This document shows positions 27,639-39,321 of a stretch of DNA of 64,000 nt, piece by piece; the first letter of the stretch is position 1, and each line of letters opens with the position of its first letter. The notes under the pieces are model-generated. The model did no database searches, was not told the origin of the DNA, and saw only the letters and a program-made list of their open reading frames with translations. The DNA is from Octopus sinensis (lineage: Eukaryota). Position numbers and translations under genes: made by a program. The stretch lies in the NCBI RefSeq assembly GCF_006345805.1, contig NC_043011.1, forward strand, positions 47,256,464 to 47,320,463, written 5' to 3'.

Positions 27639-27940
27639 GGTTGTTGCTGATTAACCTAAGGTCAACACTGGTCCTCAACACCTATCTATGATGAAAGACA
27701 TCCAAATAATAATTATCTTGTCTTTTTATATATCCAAGCTTAAATTATCTAAAGTGGTCTTCCTTTAATTAGGACAATATGGTGTAATTTAAGGGCAAAT
27801 TACTTGCTATTTCTGGCAGGTCAAGTGAAAATATAAAAATTTCTTCATTATTTCAATAGGATTCTTGTTGTTTCTAGCACTGATCTTTACCATCTATTCC
27901 CTATAAATGTTGTTGTTGTTGTTGTTACTGTTTAACTCCA
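27639..27940 (+). repeat. 302-bp segment duplicated at 38315-38616
   Basis: Ungapped direct match with about 16 substitutions by eye (~95%). Confidence 0.9.
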
Positions 27941-28572
27941 GGAAGCGTAATCTGTTTGCTAGAGGGTTAAACCAACCATATCCTGCCCAAAAACATTCTA
28001 GTGTTTTATGTTGAAAGTGCCCAATGCTGGCCTCTCACACCTACCCTACAATGTCATTCTAAAAATAAACAGTCATGTCATCGCAATCTCAAAGCTATGA
28101 GATAATGTCTGATTAATTCAAAACAAAGTGAATGAAGAAGCATTATATTTGACAGGCTAATCTGCAAGCCAATGGGTTAAGCCAATCAATTTTAAACAGC
28201 AGGGTGTAAGCTGACAGAGAAAAAAAAAAAAGAAATTCAGCTGCTATTTTTGAAGGTAGATTGAGCACAAAGACGTTTCTCATTAGCTTGTGGTCATAGA
28301 AGAGAGGAGATAAGAAGTCATAGCAGAATATATTTAATCCAAAGCAGAAGCCAGTAAATGTTGTGGTGGGTGTTAACAAACAGACAGAAAAAAAAAAACA
28401 GCATCATCATCATCATCATAATCTTTACTGAAATACAAAAACGTGGGATTAATTTTCAGTTGATACTAGTTTATACTTGTATGAGTGTGTGTCTGTATAA
28501 ATATTTGTGTGCACATTCATGTGAATGCCTCTGCATGTGTGTGTGTGATATATATGTTTAAGTATTTATTTA

Positions 28573-28604
<32 letters not shown>

Positions 28605-28606
<2 letters not shown>

Positions 28607-28823
28607 TGTTGGCTGAATTTTCTTGAGAACATTTCTTAGTGGTAAGACCATAGCAGATCTACTTCTAGCATAAGGGTTGTCCACATAGCGGTCATCCCTC
28701 TCATATGTATGTAATATAAATATAAACAGATACATGTATATGTATATATGTGTATGTGCAATTATGTGAGTGGATGTTTGTATGTATATAAATATATGCA
28801 TATGTATGTATACCTATATATGT

Positions 28824-28855
<32 letters not shown>

Positions 28856-29072
28856 GGTGTTGGCTGAATTTTCTTGAGAACATTTCTTAGTGGTAAGACC
28901 ATAGCAGATCTACTTCTAGCATAAGGGTTGTCCACATAGCGGTCATCCCTCTCATATGTATGTAATATAAATATAAACAGATACATGTATATGTATATAT
29001 GTGTATGTGCAATTATGTGAGTGGATGTTTGTATGTATATAAATATATGCATATGTATGTATACCTATATAT

Positions 29073-29121
<49 letters not shown>

Positions 29122-29340
29122 CGTTGTGTTACCGCTACTGTTTATAACTCGCTTATATATATATTTATTTATGCATATATATATATATATATATATATAG
29201 GTGTTGGCAGAATTTTCTTGAGAACATTTCTTAGTGGTAAGTCATAGCAGATCTACTTCCAGCATAAGGGTTGTCCACAAAGCAGTCATCCCTCTCATAT
29301 ACAGATATATCTATGTGTATGTGCAATTATGTGAGTGGGT
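28605..29340. repeat. Tandem triplication of a ~215-bp unit separated by (TA)n
   Basis: ggtgttggctgaattttcttgagaac... at 28605, 28856 (essentially identical) and 29200 (diverged). Confidence 0.9.
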
Positions 29341-29385
29341 GTATGTATGTATATATATATACATGCATTTGTATGTATGCATATA

Positions 29386-29421
<36 letters not shown>

Positions 29422-29582
29422 CACATACACACATATGTATGTACTTATGTATATGTATTAATGCGTGTATGTATGTAGGGATGTATCTGTTATCAGAATG
29501 CACAACTGTTACCTGAAGGCATAAAATTGATTAAGGAAGCGAGAAGTTTGACTGAATAAACAAACACTAACAGAGACATATG

Positions 29583-29613
<31 letters not shown>

Positions 29614-29775
29614 TCATACAACCACAGACATAGAATATACAAGGTTTCTATTTGTTGTTATTAAAAAAAAAAAAAAGCTGTTTCCATCCTATGATTGTCT
29701 GTCTAACTGGCAGGCTTGCAGGCTGGAAACATGGAGTTCTTTTAAGCAGTTTCATTGTCGGTTGGTGAAAGACCA

Positions 29776-29850
29776 ATGTGAGATTTTCTAGAGGTTCACA
29801 CCCATCGACTGTTGTGACTGATGGGTGTGAAACTCCGGAACCACTCACAT
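29776..29850. ncRNA. Candidate pri-/pre-miRNA hairpin, strand unresolved
   Basis: Symmetric ~32-position stem (7 bp, 3 mismatches, 4 bp, 1 mismatch, 3 bp, 1 mismatch, 12-13 bp) with an 11-13-nt loop, in non-repetitive sequence. Confidence 0.5.
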
Positions 29851-30131
29851 CGCATCAAAGGTTTGTATCAATCTGCAGGCTCACACACTAACGCATGCAG
29901 TTCTCTTTATTGCATCTCACTGCACTCCTTTACATTTGGTATCCATCTTGAAATCTTATTGACATCGTTGCTGTGGTGCAATTTTACCATGCTTCAGTTT
30001 GTCGCTCCAGATTTTCCTTTTATTTATTTATTTATTTTTTGCTTTTCAGTAAAACAAGAATTAAAATAGAGTAAAATCAAAGATTTTTGCTGTTGATTAA
30101 ATTTTTTTATCCTTCTTTTAAATTTTTTTAG

Positions 30132-30245
30132 GTTTCTTTATCCGAAGATTTGTCCAAAACTTTAGACAGTCTGTATTTCAAAGCAAAAGCCATAATGCAG
30201 AAATACATCAAAAGAGAAAACAAAAAGACAACAGAAGAAAAAAAA
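30132..30245 (+). CDS. Candidate internal exon (114 nt), protein unidentified
   Basis: Pyrimidine tract ...aaattttttag|GTT and AAA|gtaagc. Phase 0 reads VSLSEDLSKTLDSLYFKAKAIMQKYIKRENKKTTEEKK; a second frame is also open. Confidence 0.4.
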
Positions 30246-30400
30246 GTAAGCTTTCATAAAATTAATTGTTTCATATTCCTTTTGTTTACCTGAATATGTC
30301 CGGATTCTGAAAGATTATTAAACATAATGCTTGTATATTTTGTATAACGACGTACGGACAAAGGGTAAGTATATGTGAGTCTATATATGCAGTCTATATA

Positions 30401-30810
30401 ATTTCTTTATTGCCCACAAGAGGCTAAACATAGACGGGACAAACAAGGACAGACAGAGGAATTAAGTCAATTACATCGACCCCAGTGCGTAACTGGTACT
30501 TAATTTATTGACCTCGAAAGGATGAAAGGCAAAGTCAACCTCAGCGGAATTTGAACTCAGAATTTAGCAGCAGACGAAATACCTATTTTTTACTGCCCAC
30601 AAGGGGCTACACACAGAGGGGACAAACAAGGACAGACAAACGGATAAAGTCGATTATATCGACTCCAGTGTGTAACTGGTACTTATTTAATCGACCCTGA
30701 AAGGATGAAAGGCAAAGACAACCTTGGTGGAATTTGAACTCAGAACGCAGCAGCAGACGAAATACTGCAAAGTATTTTGCCCGGCATGCTAACGATTCTA
30801 CCAGCTCACC
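30401..30810 (-). mobile_element. Dimeric 'gtcgactttgcc' family SINE
   Basis: Reverse complement of the 26865 copy. Confidence 0.8.
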
Positions 30811-31854
30811 ATATATGTGTGTGTGTGCACATGTGTGTATGAGTATGATTATGTGTGTGACGCACCAAGCCATGCCAGCAAGAAAAAGCAGACACAAAGA
30901 TGACGATGATGATGACAGAGTCGGATTAGTAGAATTCTTTTAATCTTATATTTTAAAGAACTCTACTGTTCCATGGAAACTGTAAAAAATTTTCAATGAA
31001 ATATGAAAGAAAATCTTCACAAAAAAGATAGATGTTAAATATAATCATGTTTTTAATACAACATACCAAAAAACACATCATAAGTATCATCATGATCACT
31101 ATATTTTTTTAAACTCCACCATGTCTGTTACATAATTGAATTCTGCCTTCTCATAACACTGATATTTATGTATCTATGCTTGTACGTTACCATTCCTTGT
31201 TATTGATAATTTGCGAAGGCAGGTTTATCAGCTACCATCATTTAAAGGGCTCTGTGTGGAAGCAGGAGTCATTTGTTACTGAAGTAGAAAGCAGTGTATC
31301 AATATATCTATTTATATTCTGACTGGTGATATAGTTCAAAATTTGCAACAGAGTGTATTCTGCCAAAGAAATTAAGTCCATTACCCACAATTTTACAGGT
31401 TTCCATACAATTTCTGTGTACGAAAAGGTTTGGGTTGACCTGAGGCTTTTATAGAAAACACTTGCCTAAGGTACTTTAGAGACTGAACCCATATGAATAC
31501 CATAATGCCTGCATGCAATTTCACCCGTTCTAATGTAATATTCAATTAACTTCTAAGGTGGCAAGCTGGCAGAAACGCTAGCACGGTGAGTGAAATGCTT
31601 AGCGGTATTTCGTCTGTCTTTATGTTCTGAGTTCAAATTCCAGCAAGGTCAACTTTGTTTTTCATTCTTTTGGGATCAAGAAATTGAGTACCAGTTGTGT
31701 ACTGGGGTTGATCTAATCGACTAGTCCTTTCTCCCAAAACTATGAGCCGTGTGCTTAGAGTAGAAAAGAATATTCAATTAACTTCTAATGCTCAACATTT
31801 ATCATTGTAATGCACACAAACCATCACTGTTTTATTGATGCGTATATACATACA

Positions 31855-31888
<34 letters not shown>

Positions 31889-31972
31889 TATATATAATAA
31901 AGATGGTGAGATTAAAAATCTCTATATTTTATGGCAAATTTTTATCTATAATGCATAGCATATGAGTGGTGG

Positions 31973-32015
<43 letters not shown>

Positions 32016-32226
32016 TTGTGTATTTAAATATGAAATAGTAACAGCTTTAGTATAATAAATAACATTAACCACATAGACTTAACATATATGCTTTGTGTAT
32101 TTGCCAGTAGGCTGCTGTTGGCACAGTAGAGTACTTTGAAAGCATACATACTCCACTGTACTAATAGCAGTCCATTGGCAAAAACATGAAGCATTTACAT
32201 TAAGTTTATGTTGTTAATGATATATG

Positions 32227-32257
<31 letters not shown>

Positions 32258-32326
32258 AATTACATGTGGATTGTTGGCGAATTTTTCCGTCAGTCTTTCT
32301 TTTATTTTGGACTTCCCTCTGCCTCC

Positions 32327-32363
32327 TGTTTCTGAAGAAGAGCTACGCTCGAAATGTAAAACA
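32327..32363 (+). ncRNA. Minimal type I hammerhead ribozyme motif, intact core
   Basis: tgttt-CTGAAGA-a-gagc(tac)gctc-GAAA-tg-T-A-aaaca; predicted cleavage 3' of 32358. Confidence 0.7.
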
Positions 32364-32456
32364 ACCTTTGTTTCCTTCCCTGAGTGTCTTAATATTTGCA
32401 CATACAACGTCCTCACGTTGTTGTCTTTTTTACTTTTCTTCTCTGTTTTTTTTTAT

Positions 32457-32496
<40 letters not shown>

Positions 32497-33366
32497 TATG
32501 TATATATATATATAATGATGATGAGGATATATAGGCATGTGAGTTGTACCTCTATGTAAAGTAACATAAATATAATAAATTTCAATGTATTTAATCTGTT
32601 GTTACATTTCTCAAGACTGCTTGTTCATGTGGGTGTATGTTTACTTGTCTGTCTGTGTATTCGTGGTTGGAGTTCATAAGTGAATCATCCAGCAAAATGA
32701 AATGTAGACACATTTAAAATATGATGAGAGAGAGAGAGAGAGAGAAAGAAAGAGAGTGACCAAGAGACAAGATAAAATCTTTAAAAAGAAATTACAAAGT
32801 CTTGTAGAAGAATACCTTCATTTCATATAAACATGTTTCCAATTCCTCCCTACTGCCTCGTGCTACCAATTCCTGCTGGTAACAAATCAAATTCATTAAC
32901 CTTAACCTTCTGTACTGTTTATGTTTTGGTATGTTTGTAAATCTCTGACTCATACCAAAGCTTCTTGACTCACCAACTCAATAATCTTTGATGGATTATA
33001 TCCTTTTAGTCATTCTACATTTTTGTGAAAGTGTTTTCAACGTCCTAAGTTTTCACTAGCCCAGGTTACAATTCAGCACTTGAAATATCAAGTGAATGAA
33101 GTAACATACTACTAAATGGCAGAAATGACAGTCAAATCGCCCTCAGGTTATATCATACTGATTTTAAAAAGTGAAGGCTACATTGTATAATGGGGTACAT
33201 AGATGCACCACGCTTTAAAAGAAAACGATGGGGGTTGCCATTATTGGAACAATTTTGATTCAAAGCCTGCTGGATCTGAGTTAATACCATAGTCTACACA
33301 CACACACACACACACACAGAGTATATATTTATACACACTCACACACACAGTATATGTGTGTGTGTA

Positions 33367-33517
33367 TGAGGGGGTGCTGAAAAGTTTGGGTAAAAAAATT
33401 ACAGGATGGTCAATTAATTATGATTTTATTGAACATATTCCCCTCTCAGATTCACACACTGCAGTAGTCTTTCAGTTTTTCTAAGCCCTGTAAAAGAAGT
33501 TAGAAGGCTGAACCTCG
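33367..33517 (+). mobile_element. Deleted mariner-type MITE
   Basis: TA|tgagggggtgctgaaaagtt...cctcg|TA; the left end resembles the 2532 MITE TIR and the right TIR is largely lost. Confidence 0.55.
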
Positions 33518-33529
33518 TATACATATGTG

Positions 33530-33610
<81 letters not shown>

Positions 33611-33614
<4 letters not shown>

Positions 33615-33869
33615 TAAATATATGGTAATAAATTAAAATAATTTATTACCAGTGGTTAGTATACATGAATAAATGTCATAAGACAAAACATATTTTGTAA
33701 AATATAAGAGTGTATAAAATATTTTCATATACAAAGAGGAAACCATTGTGTATAAAGATATTTATATAGTCTTATATTTAAAAAAATATGCTATGTCTTA
33801 TGACTTTTATTTATGCATGCTAACCACTAGTAATGAATTATTTTAATTTATTACCCTTATATTTACGAT
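33611..33869. repeat. Fold-back element, ~99-bp diverged arms
   Basis: atcgtaaatatatggtaataaattaaaataatt... versus ...aattattttaatttattacccttatatttacgat. Confidence 0.8.
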
Positions 33870-34019
33870 AGTAATATTTTAAATGCTGAGTCTGTATAGG
33901 ACACAGTTTTAAATTTCTTTATTTACTGCAGGACTCATGCACTAAGTTCAAATCCTGAGATGGATAAAAATGTAGCTGTCTGTTTTCAGTGTGTATTTGC
34001 AACTTCACAATTATTCATT

Positions 34020-34106
34020 AATTAGTGATTCCACTGATGAGCTACAGATTCCAAATTGGTGTATTTGGCAATTAATAGTGAAACTTGAGTTTGGGATTAA
34101 CTAATT
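34020..34106 (+). ncRNA. Complete type I hammerhead ribozyme motif, intact core
   Basis: Stem I aattag-tgattcca pairs with tgggatta-(a)-ctaatt (14 pairs, one bulge). CTGATGA 34034-40; stem II gcta/tagt; GAAA 34080-83; stem III act(tg)agt; GUU cleavage triplet ending at 34091. Confidence 0.8.
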
Positions 34107-34313
34107 CATTTTTTTTTTGTTTGCTTTAGTGTTATAACAGCATGCCTCATGAATTCTCTTTTCATTGTTTAGGTTTTAACTGGCTTTTTTAACATGTAAG
34201 GAGTCCTGTCAATGGTCTCCTCTGTGTATAAAAATATTTTATACACTCTTTTATATATATATCATCATCCTTGTTTAACGTCCGTTTTCCATGCTAGCAT
34301 GGGTTATATGTAT

Positions 34314-34425
<112 letters not shown>

Positions 34426-35237
34426 AGGAACAAGAATTAACATCTTGAATCAAATTATGAATTAACTGTTGAGATGCTGTTAATATAAATTATATTTGAT
34501 AGTTAACCTTTTTTGTGACAGTATTTCTAACAAAATAATAATGTTTATCTAATATTTTTCAGTTAATTATTGAATCTAATCAAGAGGTTGCATAACAACC
34601 CACTCATATTAGTCATTAGGAACATAATTTGATAAAAAGTTTGTGTCATAGAATTACGATGGCAGATTTTAATTAAATGGCAAAATGGAATTAGAGTTGG
34701 TTTCATGATGGATTGGTATCAAAACAACAAAATATATTAATGATATGAGATATTACAGTTTCAGACAATTTAAAAAGTGACAAACAAGCTGACAGAATCA
34801 TGTACTTATCATTGCTCAGCAAGTGTGTTCCACAGAAATCCTGTTGCTCACACCTGTCCAGCATTGGATTAACCATTAAGCAAAATAAACATGTGGCATC
34901 AAGGGGAGGAAGGCATCACAGAAATGGTAAATGGTTTATGGCACAAAAGAAATTATTTTAAACTTTCTAAAAAGATATTTGAACTTATTTATATGATCAG
35001 AAATATAATTTCGAAGTGTTTATAGTGTCATAGGGAGGATCTAATCAAAGACTTTGCAATTAAAAAAAAAGGGAGAAAACTTTTCAAATATAAATGAAGA
35101 GGAAGTATACAAAAAAAAGCAAAAAAAAAACAAACATTATTTTCCATCTTACTGTGAGTTTTGTTGCATTTTGAAAAAGGAATTTTTTATTTTATGGTTT
35201 ATTATTGTTTAAATTTTGAATTATATATGAGGGCACT

Positions 35238-35548
35238 GTGGAGGCACAATGGCCCAGTGGTTAGGACAGCGGACTCACAGTTGTAGGATTGCAGTTTCAA
35301 TTCCCAGACCGGGTGTTGTGAGTGTTTATTGAGCAAAAACACCTAAAGCTCCACGAGGCTCTGGCGGGGTGTGGTGGTGATCTCTGCTGTACTCTTTCAC
35401 CACAACTTTCTCTCACTCTTTCTTCTGTTGACATGCTCGTCATTTGAAGGCTAAAACAATGCGAAGTGATAGTTAACCTTTTTTGTGCATTGTGACCAGC
35501 AATGTGTAGCAACATCTGATAGCCTGATCGGTCACGGTGATCATGGTG
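35238..35548 (+). mobile_element. tRNA-head SINE with 13-bp TSD
   Basis: Head ggaggcacaatggcccagtggttagg (A box) and gtttcaattccc (B-like box); atatgagggcact at 35225-35237 and 35549-35561. Confidence 0.85.
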
Positions 35549-36673
35549 ATATGAGGGCACTAGCCTCTATGGACCTTAATCCAGCCCTGCACCTGTTTCA
35601 TGGTTGTTATTAATGCCTTATATATTTTCTCAGTAAAAAGTCGACAGTTCATGTTCTGACACTATAACTGTGACTGAGACTCTCTAATATAAATGACTCA
35701 GTCTACTAGGCTGTAAGTAGGTACTATAATGTTATATTGATCACAGCTGTAAGGAGCAGCAACTTAAGATCTAACAATCTGTAAATAATTTTGACTTCTT
35801 GTGCTGTATTTAATTCTTCCTATGATAGTCTAGTTACCTATCCAGGAGAACAGCAACAGTTCATCTCCTTATCAGAATGGTAGCTAACAGAAATAAACAC
35901 TAACCCAATGGATTGCTGGCATTCAAAAAAATAGTTATAAAATTCAGATAAATTAGCTTTGAAAATCTAACAGATCATATACAAATGCATATGTACAAGT
36001 ATAGAAAAGACATAAGCATATACACATACAGTTACATATATAGACACACACTTAACCATACATAGATACATACACATGCTTACATAGATATACATATGAT
36101 TCCATACCATATTTCCACTGAAGCTATACCACATTTAGCCTATGTTTCAACACCATGTATCAGTCATATTTTCTATAAATTATCATTATTATTATTATCA
36201 CAGTCAGCATCTTCATCACCATCATTAATATCAAGCACACCACCATCACAATCATCTGCATCAGTGCTACTCAGGGTAGTGGTCCATGGACTGGTGCCGG
36301 TCCATGAGCCATCAGCTGCCGGGATGTGGAGAGTTTCCGGAAAAGAATGAAACTTTGTAAAATGCTTATAAAATGTTTATGCAATATTGAATTATTTGTT
36401 TACAAAATAAATATAAGATACAAAAAATTTTCAGCTTTCATTATATTCATTATAGGCGTGGGAGCGGCTGTGTGGTAAGTAGCTTGCTTATGAACCACAT
36501 GGTTCCGGGTTCAGTCCCACTGTGTGGTACCTTGGGCAAGTGTCTTCTACTATAGCCTCGGGCCAACCAAAGCCTTGTGAGTGGATTTGGTAGACAGAAA
36601 CTGAAAGAAGCCCATCACACACACACACACATACACATATATATATATATATATAAATGTATATATGTATGTA

Positions 36674-36857
36674 TATCTGTAAATGTAATATGAGACAATT
36701 ATTTGGTAGCCATGATAAAACTCCAAGTTTCGTATGCTGAGGTGGAAATCCACGCCGCCATCTCTTCAGTTATCCGGCCATCGGAAAAATGCTATGAAAA
36801 TGACTCGGAGTTTTATCATGGCTACCAAATAATTGTCTCATATTACATTTACAGATA
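36674..36857. repeat. Fold-back element with perfect 51-bp inverted arms
   Basis: 36674-36724 is the exact reverse complement of 36807-36857. Confidence 0.95.
36714..36774 (-). ncRNA. Complete type I hammerhead ribozyme motif, intact core
   Basis: Minus strand gataa-CTGAAGA-[g.atg...gtgg(attt)ccac...cat.a.c]-GAAA-ct(tgg)ag-T-T-ttatc; predicted cut between 36719 and 36718. Confidence 0.75.
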
Positions 36858-36920
36858 AATTCCTCTATTTTACATAATATTGAGGTCTCTTTCTTTCTTT
36901 AGTTATCTTACCAGTTTTAT

Positions 36921-36968
<48 letters not shown>

Positions 36969-38314
36969 GTGTGTGTATGTGTGTGTCTGTCTTTGTCCCC
37001 CACCCCCGACCAGCATTGCTTGATAACCAATGCTGGTGTGTTTACGCCCCCGTAACTTAGCGGTTCGTCAAAAAGAGACAGACAGAATAAGTACTAGGCT
37101 TACAAAGAATAAGTCCTGGGCTCAATTTGCTTGACTAACGGGGGTGCTCCAGCATGGCCACAGTCACGTGACTGAAACAAGTAAAAGAGTTAGAGAGTAA
37201 AAGATACATATATTGTTTCCGGTATAAATTAATATTACTAAGAAATATTATCAGTTTCTGGAACATTGGAAAAAAAAAAAAAGAAAACTACTGGTACGTC
37301 ACATCAGATAGTTTGAGAAGCTCTGATCTATATCAACATGGTTTCACATGGGTGTATAAACCAGACTTAAGTGATTACATTTATTCAGCTATAAGTCAAC
37401 TTACTTAAACACAGATATTATAATGGTTATATTATATTGCAATGATGATGATAATGGTGATTCCAGCATGGTGGATGATGATTATGATGATGATGACAGT
37501 AATGAAGATGGCAATGATGATAATGGTGGTGTTGGTGATACTGATGATAATTACATATATGATGATGCTGAAGATGATGATGATGATGGCAATGATGAAA
37601 ATAGTGATACTGATGATAATGACATATATGATGATGACAATGATGATAATGGTGATGTTTAGGATACTGATACTAATGGCAGTTATGATGATGACAACGA
37701 TAATAAAGATGAAAACTTGATGATCATGGAAACGAAGATGAAAATGATGACGATGACAATGTTGTAAATAATGATGATATAAATGATAATAATAAAAACG
37801 ATAATAATGATGGTTATGACAATGATGGCCATAGCAGTCATGTTCATGATGAGATCTAACAAACTACAAGAGAAAAGCAATGAAGTCAAAATCTAGTATA
37901 GTGCTCCAAGACAAATGTTCTGTCAATCACTAAATTCTTGAATTAGTACTTAATTACATTTTCGTATTTATTTTCCAATTAAAATTATTTATAGAACTCC
38001 TAGTTAAGTTGCTAGCAGAGAATGTCATGCCTGGCAGCTTAGAACTAGTTATAGATATGAAGAAATTTTGACTTTGATTGTGTATATGTCGCTCTCGAAA
38101 TGTCTATATACAAACGTGAGTGAGAACTGGTGCCACAAGTGCTAATAGATTATACCTAGATTTGTTATCAGGGAATTAAGGTGTGCCACGATTCATTTGC
38201 TCTTCAGGGGATCACTGCATCCTTCTATCCCGATGCAGGGGTCATTGTAGGGAAGCATATGAAACAAAATGGGGGAACTAAAAACATTTGTTAATAATAC
38301 AGGGCTCCTAATGG

Positions 38315-38616
38315 GGTTGTTGCTGATTAACCCAAGGTCAATATTAGTCCTCAACACCTATCTATGATGAAAGACATACAAATAATAATTATCTTGTCTT
38401 TTTATATATCGAAGCTTACATTATCTAAAGTGATCTTCCTTTAATTAGGACAATATGGTGTAATTTAAGGGCAATTTACTTGCTATTTCTGACAGGTCAA
38501 GTGAAAATATAAAAATTCCTTCATTAGTTCAACAGGATTCTTGTTGTTTCTAGCACTGATCTTTGCCATCTATTCACTATAAATGTTGTTGCTGTTGTTG
38601 TTACTGTTTAACTCCA
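38315..38616 (+). repeat. Second copy of the 302-bp segment at 27639-27940
   Basis: See 27639-27940. Confidence 0.9.
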
Positions 38617-38680
38617 TGCTGACCATGATGCAGTAGAACTATAACAGAAAGTGCTGACAGATTCTGTCTCTAATGTGTTG

Positions 38681-39082
38681 ATAGGCGTAGGAGTGGCTGT
38701 GTGGTAAGTATCTTGCTTACGAATCACATGGTTCTGGGTTCAGTCCCACTGTGTGGCACGTTGGGCAAGAGTCTTCCACTATAACCTCAGGCTGACCAAA
38801 GCCTTGTGAGTAGATTTGGTTGACGGAAACTGAAAGAAGCCCATCGTATATATGTATATATATGTGTGTGTGTTTGTGTCTGTGTTTGTCCCCCCAAACA
38901 TCGCTTGACAAGCGATGCTGGTGTGTTTATGTCACCATAACTTAGCAGTTTGGCAAAAGAGACTGATAGAATAAGTTCCAGGCTTACAAAGAATAAGTCC
39001 TGGGATCGATTTGTTCAACTAAATGCAGTGCTCCAGCATGACCACAGTCAATGACTGAAACAAGTAAAAGAGTAAAAGAGTA
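38681..39082 (+). mobile_element. Full-length CORE-type SINE
   Basis: ataggcgtaggagtggctgtgtggtaag ... aagtaaaagagtaaaagagta tail. Confidence 0.9.
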
Positions 39083-39141
39083 TGTGTATGTATGAAGATG
39101 TATGTATAGTAGTATCGTCTTTTATGATGCATTGTCTGATA

Positions 39142-39321
39142 TATATAAATGTTTTTAATTGTATTTTTTTTCATAATGCTAAAACAATGCAAGTTATAAG
39201 AAATAATGCAAATCAATGCTTAATACTTTTATCTCGTATTTCAATATTTCATCGACCTGTATTATTTATTTTAACTTGGATTGTTTTGGCATTATAAAAA
39301 AAAAATATTAAAAACATTCAT

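Larger units (their letters stand above)
36452..37203 (+). mobile_element. CORE-type SINE split by an insertion in its internal (TA)n linker
   Basis: 5' half 36452-36617 and 3' half 36975-37203, with foreign sequence at 36674-36922 between them. Confidence 0.85.
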
